Shown: positions 62,543 to 64,000 of the stretch, in pieces | How positions within the stretch are numbered: position 1 is the stretch's first letter | Layout of the letters: the number at the start of each line of letters is the position of its first letter | From: Candidatus Thorarchaeota archaeon | GTDB lineage: Archaea > Asgardarchaeota > Thorarchaeia > Thorarchaeales > Thorarchaeaceae | Direction of reading: 5' to 3' | Length of the DNA: 64,000 nucleotides | NCBI GenBank assembly: GCA_038893995.1 | Contig: JAWAQK010000001.1 | Location: 43,776-107,775, forward strand | Program-made: the position numbers and the translations under genes | Notes under the pieces: model-generated | What the model was told of the DNA's origin: nothing | Seen by the model: only the letters and a program-made list of their open reading frames with translations | Database searches by the model: none

Positions 62543-63670
62543 GTGGACGAGAAGAGCGTTCGAGATCTTGTGGCCAGGTCCTTTCCCAGCCTGGCAGAGA
62601 TGACGTACCTCAACAATGCATCGACAGGGATACCTCCTGTCGAGATGATCAATGCCGTGAACGCCTACCTGAGCGAGCGCATGATGGCGAAAGACCTGAT
62701 GGAGTATACCATTGAGAAGATGACAAGCGTCCGAGAGAGGCTTGCACGTCTCCTAGGGGGGCGTCCCGAGAACTACGCACTCATGACCAGCACATCGGAT
62801 GGCCTCAACGCTGCAGCTCACAGCATATCGTATCGGCCCGGTAGCAACATTGTCATCAGTGATCTAGAGTTCCCATCCAACTACATCCCCTGGCAACACG
62901 CATGTCGGTTGTATGGTACGGAACTGCGTGTGGTGAGGTCCAAGAACGGAGCAGCGCCCGAAGAAGACTACATCCGGCTCATAGACGACAAAACCACAAT
63001 TGTAGCAGTCAGTCACGTTCAGTTCGCATCTGGCTACAGATCAGACCTGTCCCTGCTGAGTGAGTCTGTTCATCAGGTCGGCGGCTATCTCGTGGCAGAC
63101 ATCATTCAGTCTGCGGGGTGTGTCTGCATCGATCTTGAGCGACTCGGGGTGGACTTCGCGGCTGCACAGGCTGCAAAGTGGCTGATCGGGCCCATTGGAG
63201 CAGGGTTTCTCTACGTCAGCGATCGAGCCATCGAGACCGTGACACCGCGTTATGCGAGCTGGTGGGGAATGGAAGACCTAGAGGACTTCTCATTTCGGGA
63301 ACGCAGGATGTTGCCTGACGCACGGAGATTCCAGACCGGATCATTGCCAATGATGCCCCTTGTAGGATTCGATGCATGTCTTCACGTGCTGTCCACCATC
63401 TCAATCGATACCGTTTCGAATCTGGCAAATGATAGAGCGGACTATCTGAGGAGCAGGTTACATGAGGAGGGTGTGAGCCACTATGACTTCGGCAGAGAAC
63501 ACAACTCGACGATCGTCTCTCTTCAGGTTTCAGATGCCGAAGAGGTCGTCAAGAGATTGGCTGAGGAACGCATCTACTGTTCTGCAAGACAGGGTCGACT
63601 GAGGGTCTCGCCTCATTTCTATAACACACGTGGTGATATAGACCGGCTCATTGAACATCTGGTGATGTGA
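62543..63670 (+). CDS. Class V aminotransferase-fold PLP-dependent enzyme (cysteine desulfurase / epimerase-like).
   Basis: 375 aa. AVSHVQFASGYRSDLSLL...GGYLVADIIQSAG...AAQAAKWLIGPIGAGFLYV is an AAT-V pattern with a candidate PLP-Lys. Confidence 0.65.
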   Translation: MDEKSVRDLVARSFPSLAEMTYLNNASTGIPPVEMINAVNAYLSERMMAKDLMEYTIEKMTSVRERLARLLGGRPENYALMTSTSDGLNAAAHSISYRPGSNIVISDLEFPSNYIPWQHACRLYGTELRVVRSKNGAAPEEDYIRLIDDKTTIVAVSHVQFASGYRSDLSLLSESVHQVGGYLVADIIQSAGCVCIDLERLGVDFAAAQAAKWLIGPIGAGFLYVSDRAIETVTPRYASWWGMEDLEDFSFRERRMLPDARRFQTGSLPMMPLVGFDACLHVLSTISIDTVSNLANDRADYLRSRLHEEGVSHYDFGREHNSTIVSLQVSDAEEVVKRLAEERIYCSARQGRLRVSPHFYNTRGDIDRLIEHLVM

Positions 63671-63671
63671 G

Positions 63672-64000
63672 TTGTTTGAGACAATAGACGAGTGCATTCA
63701 CTTCCGTGCTAGCACCTCATTTGATAGCAATATCACTTTCCTGGACTGCGGGGCCAGCCGCGTACTGATAGACACGGGAACGGGTCTATTCCACGACAGG
63801 CTTGAACAGGACCTGGCAAAGATTGGAAGGAAGCCCAGCGAGATCACGGACATTGTTCTGACACACAGTCACATCGATCACATCGGAGGAGTTGCTAACT
63901 TCCTCGACAACGAGGACTTGACTGTTCATCTACACCGGATTGAGGCGGAGAGAATAAACAAGGGGGACCTTGAACTTACCCTGGTTGACACGTTTGGTGG
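63672..64000 (+). CDS. Metallo-beta-lactamase-fold hydrolase, 5' part (runs off the right edge of the window).
   Basis: Frame translates ...FLDCGASRVLIDTGTGLF...IVLTHSHIDHIGGVANFLD (HxHxDH motif). No in-frame ATG, so a TTG at 63672 overlapping the upstream stop is the likely start. Confidence 0.45.
   Translation, partial: MFETIDECIHFRASTSFDSNITFLDCGASRVLIDTGTGLFHDRLEQDLAKIGRKPSEITDIVLTHSHIDHIGGVANFLDNEDLTVHLHRIEAERINKGDLELTLVDTFG

Noticed and set aside
1-64000. CRISPR arrays, rRNA genes, and IS/transposase genes.
   Set aside because: No periodic direct repeats with spacers, no rRNA-like conserved stretches, and no transposase/integrase-like ORFs were seen anywhere in the window.

Overview
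This 64 kb window is chromosomal, gene-dense DNA (about 50 CDS, one tRNA, no rRNA, no CRISPR array, no recognisable mobile element) and reads as archaeal. The archaeal assignment rests on: archaeosine tRNA-guanine transglycosylase, aEF-2, a family-B DNA polymerase, a TFB-like cyclin protein, digeranylgeranyl reductase, GGPP synthase, class III RNR, and LplA with two LipS-like radical-SAM genes. The genome is most likely from an Asgard archaeon. That inference comes from eukaryote-like signalling genes clustered at 17.7-24.8 kb: two Rab/Ras-like small GTPases, a Roadblock/LC7 protein, a 7-bladed WD40 protein, and two KaiC/RecA-like ATPases plus a redoxin in the same operon as Roadblock. Separately there is an MglA-family GTPase at 61.6-62.4 kb and a second, highly divergent EF-2 paralog at 15.6-17.7 kb. 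Other notable loci: a lipoate ligase fused to a Cys-rich domain next to two radical-SAM LipS1/LipS2-like genes (3.2-7.1 kb); an MtrH-MtrA-MtrH-(ASKHA-like ATPase) operon flanked by CofE-like and LarC-like genes (27.9-34.4 kb); a PolB with degenerate exonuclease and motif-C residues (PolB2-like, 25.6-27.9 kb); an NrdD-NrdH cluster followed by a cyclin-only TFB paralog (9.7-13.3 kb); an iron(III)/thiamine-type ABC transporter followed by two paralogous, sequon-rich, membrane-anchored surface proteins, one carrying a PHP phosphoesterase domain (37.8-46.2 kb); and a Tes/GDGT-MAS-like radical-SAM gene near GGPP synthase (50.1-51.8 kb). All calls come from reading the translated ORFs and recognising motifs by eye. 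No database searches were run.
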